A stretch of DNA of 41,816 nt, taken from positions 29,442,302 through 29,484,117 of the forward strand of contig NC_057720.1 in NCBI RefSeq assembly GCF_004010195.1, in the 5' to 3' direction. The stretch is from Chiloscyllium plagiosum (Eukaryota). Shown piece by piece: positions 23,272 to 35,064 of the stretch. The notes below the pieces were generated by a model. It saw nothing but the letters and a program-made list of their open reading frames with translations. It did no database searches and was not told the DNA's origin. Made by a program: the position numbers and the translations under genes. Position 1 is the stretch's first letter, and each line of letters starts with the position of its first letter.

Positions 23272-24350
23272 TTTGAATTGATTTGATTTATTGTTGTCAC
23301 ATGTACCTGAGTACAGTGAAAAGTTTTTTTGTGAGCAGTACAGGCAGATCATAACAAAGCAAGACATACAAGGTTACAGCTTCACAGGAAGTGCACAAAA
23401 GCAAGATCAGCATTAGATTTGAAATTAGACAGATCCATTCAGCAGTTTAATAACAGCAGGGAAGAAATTGTTCTTAAACCTTTTGGTGTGTGCGTGTTCA
23501 GGCTTTTGTATCTTCTGCCTGATAGAAGAGGTTGAAAGAGAATGTTACTGGCGTGGGTTGGGTCATTGATGATGTTGGTAGCTTTTACACAGCAATGGGA
23601 GGTGTAAATGGAGTCCATGGATAGTAAGTTGGCTTCCATGATGGTCTGGGCTGTGCACACAACCATCTGTAGTTTCTTACAGCCCTGGGCAAAGCAGTTG
23701 CTGGACCAGGCTGTTATGTACCCACAGAATGCTTTCTATGGTGCATCTCTAAATGTTGGTGTTGTTCCTTATTTTCAAAGCCTCCTGAGAAAGAAGAGGC
23801 AATGTCTTGCCTTCTTGACCATTACATCTATGTGGGAGGACCAGGACAGATTGTTGGTCAACTTCACTGCTATGAAGTTGATGCTGTCAACCCTCTCCAC
23901 CTCAGCTCCATTGACGTAGTTAGGGACGTATCCTCCTCCTTTCTTCTTGAAGTCAATGATCACTTCTTTTGTTTTGCTGACATTGAGAGAGAGTTTGTTA
24001 TCATTGCACCACAACTCTGTGCACTCCAGCTCCTTCCAGTACTTTGAATCTTCATTTCCTTGGGTTTACTCTCAAGCAGGTCAATCTGACATCTGCAGCA
24101 GTGACTGACAGAAGAGGTGCATCCGGGCCTGTAGGGTCAGGTGACACCATGTCACTGGCAATCTGTTCGAACTGAGCATAGAAAGCATTGAGTGCATCAA
24201 GGAGAGATGTGATTTCGTCTGCAGTTTTGTTCTGCTTCACTTTGTATCCTGTTATGCCATGTAAGCCTTACCACAGACAACAGGTGTCCATGTGGTTAGT
24301 TTGGGTCTCTAACTTGGTCTGGTACTGCCTTTTTGCAACTCTATTGGCCT
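23272..24350 (-). mobile_element. Rex1/Babar LINE with an internal RT deletion
   Basis: WCNDNKLSLNVSKTKEVIIDF, NNLSWSSHID..VKKARHCLFFLRRL, DPTHASNILFQPLLSGRRYKSL, LNAFYAQFE. (AATCA)n-like tail. Confidence 0.85.
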
Positions 24351-24629
24351 TGTGGTTGAAAATATATATGTGATTTCCTAAAGCTTCTGCCACTTGTCAC
24401 CCTACATCCCTGTCCATATGGCTCACACCTTCTCAATACCAATAGGTATGTGAAAATAATTCTCTTTATCCAATTGATTAGTGTTAGATAGTCAAATAAC
24501 CTATTGTTCCAAATCTTCACTATTTCTCTAAATGAATAAAAAGAAGCTGAAGAAGTGCATTTAAAAAAAAATGACCTTTTTGATATTTTCCAGGATTGTT
24601 CATAACAGTGTTCTGGTGATTAACCTGAT

Positions 24630-25590
24630 TAATCTTCAGTTCCTGGTGATTCCAGGCTAATTTATTTACTGTATATATCCATGACTTGGATGACGGAAGT
24701 GAATGTACTGTGGTTGAGTTTGTGAATGACGCAAAGGTAGACAGGAAGGCAAGTATGAAGCTGTTAGAAAAGTCTGCAGAGGGATATGAATATGCTAATC
24801 GAAGGGACAAAAACTTGACAGATACAACTTAATGTGGGAAATTGTGACTATGCACTTTGGCAGGAAGAATAGAAGAGTTGAATATGATTCTGTAGCAGAA
24901 AGCTATAGAAAAGTAGAATTTTGAATTCCTCGTGCATGAATCACAAAAATCTAGTATCCAAGTTCCATGGGTAGCAGGGAAAGCAAATGGAATGTTGGCC
25001 TTTATTTCAAAGGGAATGGAATACAAAAGTAGCTTGCTGTAACTGTACAAGGCCCTAGTCAGACCACATCTGGAATATTCCAAACATATTTGTCCTTCAT
25101 TTCTTAAAGATAAATTTATTGACATTGGAGATAGCGCGGATAAAATTCCGTAGGCTAAAATCAGGTATGGAGTGACTGTCTTCTGAGGAGAGGTTGAATA
25201 GATCAGATCTCTACTCATTGGAGTTTAGAAGAGTGAGCAGTGACTTCATTGAAACACACAACATTCTTAGGGGGCTTGACATGGAAGAAGTTGGAGAGTC
25301 TAGGTCCATAGGGCAAAATCTCAGAATAGGGTCACACTTTTAAGAAAGAAATGAGAATACGTTTCTTCTCTTGGTGGATAGTGAATCTGTGGAATTCTTT
25401 ATCATGGGGGTCCATAGAGGTTGGGTCATTAAGTATATTAAATGTTGATTTGACATAGTTTTAATCAGGAAGGGAATCAAGGATTATAGGGAAAAGGCAG
25501 GAAAATGCAGTTTTGGATCATCAGATCAGCTATGATCTCATTGTATGGTGGAATAGACTCAAAGGGCTGACATCTTATCACCTTATTCTC
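24630..25590 (+). mobile_element. Old CR1 RT C-terminus and 3' UTR
   Basis: LFTVYIHDLDDG, KANGMLAFISKGMEYK, LYKALVRPHLEY. AGATCAGCTATGATC tail. Confidence 0.8.
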
Positions 25591-25899
25591 GAGGTTTGAC
25601 ATCTTTAACCAAGAAGGTAAGTCACAAGCACCCAATTGGAGGCAGAGGAAACCTCCACTCAACTTTGTTCTTGTTTAGAATAAACTAGGGTGTTTACCAC
25701 TAGCTTGGGCCTATAACCTTCTTCCACCAGTGAGCCCTGATGTTGATCAGAAACAAGGCCCCACCAATATTTGTACATATTTATTCAGCAAGTGTAACCA
25801 ACATGAGTTCTTTTGATAGTCAATGGGAAAATCAATTCAGTAATATGCCTCACCATTTTATTCTCCCAATGATTTACTCCAATTTCTGGAATAAATTTC

Positions 25900-26122
25900 T
25901 GGAGAAAAATCAGCTCCCAATGCTCTTGAAACTTCATCTTGAGCTATTCAAACCAATGGATCAAATTCCTGGAAATTCTTTCTAGTGAACTGTGGGTCTA
26001 TTACACCACAGATTGCAGCAGATCATGAAAGCAACTCACCACTTCTCAAAGGCAGTTAAGGATGGGCATTAAATGCTGGTGTAGCCAGCCAATGCCCACA
26101 TCTCATGCAGAAATGAAAAAAA
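25900..26122 (+). mobile_element. 3' end of a second CR1/Jockey-group LINE family
   Basis: Tail GGCAGTTAAGGATGGGCATTAAATGCTGG..TAGCCAGC.ATGCCCACATC..ATG..AAAAAAA, shared with the SINE at 33700. Confidence 0.55.
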
Positions 26123-27159
26123 GAATCCACCACTTATGAAATTTATTGTGCACAATTTTTTCTGCGTATCCAAATTAGGTTGTACTTCATCCAATTTAAT
26201 CTACCATTGCTTGACTCACTTCCATGTTTTGTTAACCTGTTTTGTAGTTTCTGGGGCACCTCTACCAATTCAATATAGTTTCACAATTTGGTGTTACCTA
26301 AAAATGTGATTTGTTTATGTTGAATTTCTGAATCCAAGTAGCTAATCTAAATCAGAAACAGTAGTGGACCCAATGCTATTTTCTTGGCATATCTCATTAA
26401 GTTCTGAGGCAGAATGGAGCAACTTCATTTGAACTTTTCACGTGAAAGGTTATAAACTAACATTTTACCTTTTATATCAGGTTGAATCACGTTATTACTT
26501 CCTCAAATTAATCAGAGGTAGATGAGAATCGTCCAAAGTCTTTTTGGGATGGTGTTGAACTGTACTGACATAATTAAATATAAAGTTCTCAGAATTTTAG
26601 TAGATAGAGCACTGAACATGGACAACCCCTTTAAATCTGTAGTCAGCAAAACACACATCCTGTTGAACTCTATAAGCAGAATAGTCAAATATGATGGGGA
26701 GGAAACTATGCTTAAATTGTATAGTGTCCTAGGTTAGATCATGTGTTGAATACATGTTGATTACAAGGATGCAATGGATAAATGGAAGTCCTATAAGCTC
26801 TGACAAATTGTTCCATTGTGAGGATTTTAAATCTACATAGTAGCGTAGAAACTGGCAATTATAGGATGGAAAGACGGTTAAAAGTGCCCTGATTACCCAC
26901 CTACTGGGGACTATTAAGGCCAATAGAGCAGTGGTTGATTTGTTAATTGAAAGCACTGTTCATTTTGCACAAAACTGATCCAAGATTAAAATTAGAGCTG
27001 GGGCAGAAATTTGTAAATTTGTAAAAGAAAGCCTTATGTAAGTTTTCAATCAACACATGAGGGCAGTGTATTGAAAACCAGACTTCTGGAATCAATATCG
27101 AAACAGGAGAGTGCTGTGATGGGAGGCTGAATCCAATACAGCCTTGCAATCTTGTATAG

Positions 27160-27364
27160 AGACAAAAACAACTGCAGATGCTGGAATCTAAAGTAGCCAA
27201 GCAGGAGGCAGGAAGAACACTGCAAGCCAGACAGCATTAGGAGGTGGAGAAGTCAACATTTCAGGACTCTTGAAGAAGGGCTATATCTGAAATGTTGAGT
27301 TATCCACCTCCTGATGCTGCTTGGCTTGCCGTGATCTTCCAACCTCCTGCTTGTCTAACTTATC
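27160..27364. mobile_element. Head-to-head inverted Penelope pLTR unit
   Basis: Arms about 27194-27264 and 27287-27357 are reverse complements. Degenerate TGAAGAAGGG..GAAA at the centre. TSD ATCTTGTA(T/C)AG at 27149-27159 and 27365-27375. Confidence 0.8.
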
Positions 27365-27514
27365 ATCTTGTACAGCATACATTAGATACTTGATAACATT
27401 GCTGTAATCTTACTTTAAGAAATGCGAGGTAGTACATGGTCTCAATCTGATATACATTTAAACAACTTACAGTAGATAATAATCACAACCATAGTGATTA
27501 TTCTTCACTGAAAA

Positions 27515-28058
27515 TAAAAAAATGCTGGAAATCACAGCAGTTCAGACAGCATCGGTGGAGAGACAGCAAGTTAATGTTTCCAATCTAGACAAATTTTCGT
27601 CAGGGCTGACATGAAGTGTGTTGCAGCATTTATGCAATAGTGGGGGGATGGAGTGCTGGGTGAGAAAGGGTGTTGATAGTGCAGGTAAAGTGATTAGAAC
27701 GTGAGAATGGCAATACAATGGTGTGTCCATCTGCTGAACTGGGAAGAACAGAGGTCCCACTGGAATGGGGGGGGCAAGGACAGAGAATGCAACAAGTAAA
27801 GCTAAAAGAAAAGGATGAAATGAGAGTGAATTCATAATCTGAAGGTGTCAGTATTAAGTCCAGAAGGTTGTATGGTACGTTGTCTCCAGTTGTTGTTCCT
27901 CCAGTTTATGCTGGACCTTATTATTCAGTTCGGTTCCGAACAAGGTCACTGGACCCATTTGTAAACTCTGCTTTCTCTCCACAGATGCTGCCAGAACTAC
28001 TGAGTTTCTCCAAAAATTTCTGTTTTTGTCTAAGAGTTCCGGCATTTGCAGTTTTTTT
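27515..28058. mobile_element. Penelope remnants: minus-strand 3' region joined to a plus-strand family C pLTR
   Basis: Minus ORF fragment HKLEEQQL resembles the PLE C-terminal LEEERL. Plus GGTCACTGGACCC...CACAGATGCTGCCAGA..TGAGTTTCTCC. Confidence 0.6.
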
Positions 28059-28206
28059 TAATTATCATAATCATGTTATCTATGAATCCATTTGTGAAAT
28101 TGTTCATGAATTGTACCTCTGAACTGCTGTTTTCAGCAATAGCTTGGCCAGTTTTTTTTCCATTTTGAAACACCTGCTTGGATGTACTAAGTAACATAAG
28201 TTAAAG

Positions 28207-28335
28207 TTTCCTGATGAAGGATTTTTGCCCGAAAGGTCGACTTGCTTATTCCTTGGATGCTGCCTGACCTCTGCGTTTTTCCAGCACCACACTCTCGAGT
28301 CTAATCTCCAGCATCTGCAGTCCTCACTTTCGCCA
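28207..28335 (+). mobile_element. Solo Penelope pLTR end with tail and hammerhead motif
   Basis: CTGATGAAGGATTTTTGCCCGAAAGGTC at 28211-28238. TSD AACATAAGTTAAAG / AACATAAATTAAGG (28193-28206, 28336-28349). Confidence 0.82.
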
Positions 28336-28699
28336 AACATAAATTAAGGATCTATTTACTTACACATACCATTGTGAAAAAATATATATGGTGATCTGTA
28401 TTTTTTGACATATTGTAGGTGATTATCTTTGGCAAATGAATGGCTTTTGATTTATCTTCATTATTTTTGAGTGTTTATAGGATGCCATCATGCTGAATTG
28501 AATTGATTTTAATATTTCTTAATCTACGTAGTCTCTTGGTTCAATGGGTAATTTGCATAGTTTGCATCAGTTTGTTTGTAGCAATGCAACATATGGTCAT
28601 ATGGTGCACCTTCTATTAAGAAAATCATTAAGTAAGAGTAGAATCACAGTGTTCCTGGGGCTATAACCTTTGTATGTTCTGTTTGAGCCTTAACAACCT

Positions 28700-29080
28700 T
28701 TGGATGTTCGAAGGTACTTTGAAAACAAGAAAATACTGTCACTTAAAGTAGGAAGCAGCGGTCAATATGTCCAAGGTCCCACAATCATAAGCACAATTAA
28801 TGACTATATTCTTTGTTTTCAGTAATATTGATTAAGGAATAAATATTGACCACAGCCTTAGCAAGAACTATCGTGTTGTTCTTCAGATTAGCATCTCAGG
28901 ATCTAATACCTCAAACAGAAAGAACAGACAGACTGCAGTTTAACATTTCATTAAAAAATTGTGAACCTACAGTGCCTCAGTGGAGTGTCCTCCCAGATTT
29001 TTTTACTTAAATTGCTAGAATGGGACTTGAAATGCAAGCTCTGACTCAGAAGCAAAACTGATGCCAATGAGCCAAGGCTG
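28700..29080 (-). mobile_element. Deu-domain SINE, decayed
   Basis: Reverse complement matches the 17610 copy (CTGACTCAGAAGCA, GAATGGGACTTGAA, GAATAAATATTGACCA). Confidence 0.65.
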
Positions 29081-29487
29081 ACACTATTGCTTTTAATAAT
29101 TAATTGTGGAATTTTAAATTTTTCACAAACCGTGCTTTAGATATCCATGAGTAAAATTGACAGTTTAATGCTAAATAATGATGAATTAATAACAAATTCA
29201 AGTCAGCTCTTAACTCATGTTATTTAAGCATACTTAATCAATGGGAAAAAGATTTAACATCATGGACTACCTTTATGTCCAACAATGCCTTGACTTACCA
29301 ATGTGCAAATGTTATTCTTACTCATACAAATATGATTGGTACAATCACTTCTGCCTCTTTGTTTATTGAATTCATAGTCTCCAACTATATTGGAAAAACA
29401 TTTGAGGCGCTTCTTTTAATATTGTGGTACTTCTATGTATTTTAATCCATCTGAATTGTTTTAAAAGATGCGATCTTTGAAAACCAT

Positions 29488-30250
29488 GGGCAGAATTTTC
29501 CTATTTTCAGTTGAAGCATTTTTTAAGGGAGATTCATGGCACATGGTCAACCTTGGCTTACAACAACTTTTCTGATACTATCTTCTGCTCGTTACTTACA
29601 CAACCAGCCTCTTGCTGGTTCTGTGCTGCCAGAAAGGAGGAAATATTTACCCCTGCTGGGTCCTTGCTGCCTTCACATCCCTGACATCATCATTAAAGCC
29701 CAGCAGCACACTACATCGGAAGCTGCAGGAACACATGGTGATGGTAAAACTTCAACAATCAAGACATTGCCCAGAGGAAAGGAAGGCTCATTCCCTGCTT
29801 TACAGGCAGGAAGTGAAGATGCTGGTTGAGGGGGTGGGGGGGGGCATTGTAGCAAGGATGGCAGTCCTTTCTCCAAATACCAGAGGAAGCTGCAGCAACA
29901 AGCCATAGCAGCCTTGAAACAAATTGCAGCCTGGGTTAGTCCTGTGTCCCAAGTGAATTGGGATACCTTTCAGTGCAGGAAGAAGGCTTCTGATCTTTTG
30001 AATTCCACAAGGGTAAGTGCCACCATTTCTGTCTGCTACCTCACATTCAAAGGGCTACCACTCCTCTAAATCTGCCACAGTACATGCCTCTCACCAAGGC
30101 TTATGGACTACAACTCTTCGTATTGCATGTATCATGTCCATTCAATGGCTTACATACACTTCATCCTCCCAAATTACCAGCCCCTCCTGTCCTGCTCACT
30201 CCCTGGGCACACCTCAGCACCTCTCCTGCTCATGCATTACTTTTGTGATG
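29488..30250 (+). mobile_element. PIF/Harbinger transposon left end with Myb/SANT-like gene remnant
   Basis: GGGCAGAATTTTCC TIR-like start. Frameshifted EVKMLVEGV...ALKQIAAWVSPVSQVNWDTFQCRKKASDLLNSTR followed by a GTAAGT donor at 30013. Confidence 0.65.
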
Positions 30251-30254
30251 TGAA

Positions 30255-32700
30255 TTACTTTTAAATTGTACATTTGGAGCAATAAACCCCAATAAAACAA
30301 TCTCAATTTTTTGGTATCAAACCTTGACAGACAATTCAAAGGATTAAGATCCATGTAAATAACTGTTTGTGCAGAGTTTTTTTAGATGTGTATGCAAGAA
30401 GGGGTTGCAGAACCAATGCTAAACTAAAAGATTGTTTCTCCCTGGTTGAATATTTCTGCAAGCTCCAATTTAACTTTTGAGCAAAATAACTGACCAACCA
30501 TTTAATTCCCACCTTGCCCTCCTGTAATAATACTTCACCAACAGTAGTGTTGATGGTATCAATAACCAATTTAAATGACTTAGCACAATTTGATACTACC
30601 AAAACTGGTGCAGAAATCAGTACAGCTTCATCATGATTGAAGTCATTTTTACTTTCTTTTTCTCATTCAAATGTCTTGCTTTACATTAACAAATTTGTCA
30701 AAGTAGTCACTATAGTGTTTAAATTTGAAACAGGCATCCAATAATGTTAAGTCATGTTAATTCAGGCATGTTAATACAATACAATTTTTTAAATTTCATC
30801 TTAGGTGTGGGAAAATTCAAGACAAGCCTAATATTTCATTTTTGTCAGGTTCTGCTTTATCTTGTCCAACAGTGTGGCCTATACAAGTCATTATTGTTTT
30901 GGCAAAAATTCCTTTTTAGCCAAATATATGACCAAATTGACTCTTTGATTTTTAAAATGGTCAAGTGTTGTAAATGTTTGGTTTGGCTGAAAACAACTAA
31001 TTTGTTTATGTATGCAACAGTTGCATAATTATTCAATGACATTAGTTAATTGTTGAAAAATTCCTGGTGAATTTTTCATTCAGAAAAACACAATTATACT
31101 CATCCAGTATTTCAAAACTCTTATTTCTTTGGTTGTATCAGTCAATGGAAGTTGCTAATTTCCTTGTAACAAGACAATTTTTGTAACAAATTATGGTTGT
31201 CAAATCATCTCAATTGAATTCTGCAATCATGAAACCTTTATCTTTGTTACCTCGTAGACTTTTGTAATAATTGACACAATTATTGTGATCCATTTGGTTT
31301 TGGCACCACCACAACAAGTAGGCTCTAGCTATTATGACCCTGTTCAGTAATATCTTTATACATTTTGAACTTGATCTCTTCAAAGGAACTGATTTTCTTG
31401 GTTGAATCTGTGAGGATGTTGTCTATTGGTAACACCAGCAGCATTAAAATCATTTATAGCTGAAAAAATTGTTCCTGGCCCACTTGGATTTATGAGTCTG
31501 TAATTGCATTCCTAAGTCAATTTGATAGTTTACTGGGAGACAGCATAATATACCACCTAACTTTTCAAGTATGTTCATATTATTCAATCTGATTTTGAAG
31601 GGTTAACTTCAGGATTTTCAATTTTTGCTTCAGGCTCAAATTGTTCTAACATTTTATTTCATTCCCATTTCTATCAATATTGTAAATGCACTTCTATCCT
31701 GAAGATCCTTCCTGTCATAATATTGTTTTCACATATTAACATCACACATTCACTGTTTTGTTTTTCCAGGCTGGAATACTTAATACATAATTTATTTCCC
31801 TGTGCTTCTGATTTTATTCTGCATGGTCAAGTGAACCTCTCTTATACTGATTTCCCAGAGACAGATAACAATACCAACATCTTGTCTTTAACAACTAAAT
31901 TCCATCTTTTGGCCTTTTATCTTTTCAGACTTTCATTATATATTGAACACCTTTAAAATCTTTTATCTAACCCTCATGCTTTGGTTAGTTTTTCTTGGAA
32001 ACCTGTTACATAGGTCAAAAGTGTAGATTCCAAGTTTTGGTTTAAAATTTGTTTTTAAAGTTTAAGTTAAGTTGTCCTTTGCCTTACACCCACCCTTAAA
32101 AAGAACTGGATTCTGTGGATCAATAGCAGTATCCCTAACGGCAAATATTAACAAAGTAATTCCTTTGTCCCAGTCATTACAGCATTCGTGATAATTATAT
32201 ATTATTATGTTATGACCTTATATGTTATGCCCTTACATAATGGGACCTCTTTACCACCTCTGTACATCGCTCTAATTGATATTTTTTCATACATATTGTC
32301 TTCAAGATGGATGTATCATGTGCCAACATAATTGACTGACCTGTTTCAGTGTTTGCCAATATCATAATGGCATGCCACCTTAATTTAAAGAATAAGGAAA
32401 CACTTCTTCCATTGGCATAAAATATTCATAATGTCAGCAGTCTGATTTTCTTTATTAATAATCTAGGGAAAAAAATCTTGATTGCCCTGGGTCATTTCTG
32501 CTTTCATAATAGCTTCTGAGAGAACATGTTCCACTTTGCTACAATTTAATATCCATTTCCTTTCCTTTCTTGCTCCTTTTTCTGAGGATTCCTTTCGCAC
32601 ACATAAGACTGCAGTTGGTTTTCCATTTAAATTCCAACAATTGATATTAGCTTTAGCCTTATTTCAATGGAAGCACATTATCTTTTTTAAATAAATTTTA
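30255..32700 (-). mobile_element. Decayed Gypsy pol, Gmr1-type order (integrase, RT, RNase H)
   Basis: RNase H FKLVID..VGEVLLQ..VSYFAQKL..QKYSTREKQ at 30336-30602. RT remnants near 30850-31150. Integrase GPY/F-like module (KDKMLVLLSVSG..RFT.P..I..NYVL.IP..DVNM) near 31710-31950. Upper boundary uncertain. Confidence 0.7.
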
Positions 32701-32859
32701 GATTCTGCCCTTTGTATTTTGTTATTTTGACATCCATTTATTTGGTCCCAATATCTATACTTATTCCATTCCCAGATTTTCTATACCTCCAGTTTTAGAA
32801 ATGTCAGAATCTATTAGAAAGGATACATTAGCAGAGCATTTGGAAATACATAATATCAA

Positions 32860-33062
32860 GCATGTTTTTATGAAGAGGACTTGAACTGTTTTCTTTTATT
32901 TCAATCGGGATGGAATGTAAATTTAGGGAGGTCTTGCTAAAATTATACAAGGCATTGGTCAGAGCACACTTTGAATACTGTGGACGGTTTTGATCTCTTA
33001 TTCTGAGGGAAGATATATTGACATGGGGCACAGTTCAAAGAAGGTTTAGTAGGTTGATTCAG
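32860..33062 (+). mobile_element. CR1 ORF2 fragment
   Basis: EVLLKLYKALVRAHFEYC. Confidence 0.7.
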
Positions 33063-33699
33063 ATCCTATAATCTTATGGCCTTAGTCCCATTTGTGATAT
33101 ATCTGCCAAAACTGTTGCATTTTGCATTTTTGCTATTTGACTTTCATCTAAATATGAAGAGTTACCAGGATATTTCAGAACTCTTTGATAATCATGATTT
33201 CTCTCACATTCTCAAAGTTTTTCTCTAACTTCAGAGATTGACACTATGACTGACAGGCTGACTGGAACTCAATCCCCAGAATGCTAGGATAGAGATCACT
33301 AGACTCTGGTTGGACCAAGCACCTGACTTACCATGATCAATACCCTGGACTGAAATACGATAGGTATCTACTGCCCCTAACTGACTATTGCAGTTTCTCT
33401 GACTGATTGATTCCCCTTCACTCCACTCAGGGCTGCTCCCCTTTGACTTTCATACATGGTCATTTGCTTGAAGCATATCCACTGTATTGTTGCCACATTA
33501 ACTACTGGCACATGTTACAGATCAGATGTTGATAATGATGTACTATCAACATTTTCACACTCTGTCTGATAGATTGATTGTTCAGTGCACCCTACCACCA
33601 TCCCAAGGTACTTTCCTCTTTCTCTAAAGAAAAAGCAATGTAAGCCACAGAGCCATTAGCAATATGCAACTAAGTAGTAAAAACCCTGTGCATTCATTT

Positions 33700-34039
33700 G
33701 GGAGATGATTGCGTGGTGGTATTATCGATGAACTCTTAATCCAGACCAACAGATGATGTTCTGGGGACCTGGGTTTGAATCCCACCAAGACAGATTTTGA
33801 AATATGAGATCAATTACAAACAAATCTGAAATTAAGTCTATTGATGACCATAAATTCATTGTCGATTGTCAGGAAAAATCCATTTGGTTCACTGATGTCC
33901 TCTAGGGAAGGAAATTGCCATCCTTACCTGGTCTGGCCTACATGTGACTCAGCAATATGGTTGACTCTTAATTCCCCTCTGGCCTATAAATGCTGGCCTA
34001 TCCAGCAATACCCTCATCCTGTGAATGAATTTAAAAAAA
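33700..34039 (+). mobile_element. tRNA-derived SINE (third family)
   Basis: B box GGTTTGAATCC near 33772, body TGGTTCACTGATGTCC..AGGGAAGGAAA..GCC, LINE-like tail and an A-rich end. Confidence 0.7.
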
Positions 34040-34056
34040 GCAAGACTGCTAGAGAC

Positions 34057-34233
34057 CCTCTGCCAGTCTTCACCTATCCCCACTTCGCCACCTTGACCCC
34101 ATCATCCGTTTTATCTGCAGCTCCCCCTACACTCATCCCCAGTCCTGAAGAAAGGTTACACCTGAAACATCGACTTCTACACCTCCAGATGTTGCCTGTC
34201 TTGCTGTGTTCTTCCAGCCTCTGCCTGTCTACA
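34057..34233 (+). mobile_element. Tail-less Penelope pLTR fragment with hammerhead motif
   Basis: AGTC-CTGAAGA-A-AGGT-TAC-ACCT-GAAA-CATC-GACT (34141-34175), with a 4-bp stem I. TAGAGAC repeated at 34050-34056 and 34234-34240. Confidence 0.72.
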
Positions 34234-34546
34234 TAGAGACTGGCAACCTTTAAGTCAATGCTGAAGTGAGTGTTTACTTAGAAAACAATATGAAGTAAAC
34301 AGAAACTGACAGTCTCTACTTAAGAAGTAAAGTGAATGAGCACTAAGAAAACAAACTAAGAGTATGTTCCTCTGCGCAAACTGTCATGTCAGAAGCATGC
34401 AAGTCCCAAGTCTTCTTGAGGTCCAAAGTAAAGTGTTGCATGGTTAAGTTGGTGTCTGATGTGATCTGAGAGCAGACATGTTGTTGGTAGTTTGTTGATG
34501 CTTACTTGCATGGACGAATAGGATGGTGACTATGGAGCATGTATGG

Positions 34547-34777
34547 ATAATAAAATCTGAAAGAACTGTGGATGCTGTAAATCAGAGACAAAAACAGAAG
34601 TTGTTGGGAAAGCTCAGCAGGTGTGGTAACATCTTTGAAGAGAAATTGGAGTTAATGTTTCAGATTCAGTGACCCTTCCTCGGAACAGAGTCACTGGACC
34701 TGAAGTATTAACTCTAATTTCTCTTCACAGATGCTGCCAGACTGTTGAGCCTTTCCAGTAATTTCTGGGTTTGTGTT
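34547..34777. mobile_element. Head-to-head inverted Penelope-type family C unit
   Basis: Arms 34588-34673 and 34690-34774. TSD GAGCATGTA (34535-34543, 34778-34786). Confidence 0.8.
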
Positions 34778-35064
34778 GAGCATGTAGGACCAGCGTGATG
34801 AAGGTACAGTTGACAGGGACAAGCATTCAGTAAGTAGGCTGCAGCTGCGTGATACTTGCTCTGATTTACAGGTTGGGTCATTTCGTTCCTCAGTGAAGGA
34901 AGTGAGAATTGGAAGTGGCATATAGATAATGCAAGTTGGGGATGCAAATTCTAATGATAATGGATTATAACTCAGATCATTAGTATACATATCAAACTCA
35001 TTTTTACATTTTTAAAAGTAAGAATATATAACCAAAAGAATGACTGGGTGCAAATTCAGTGGCT

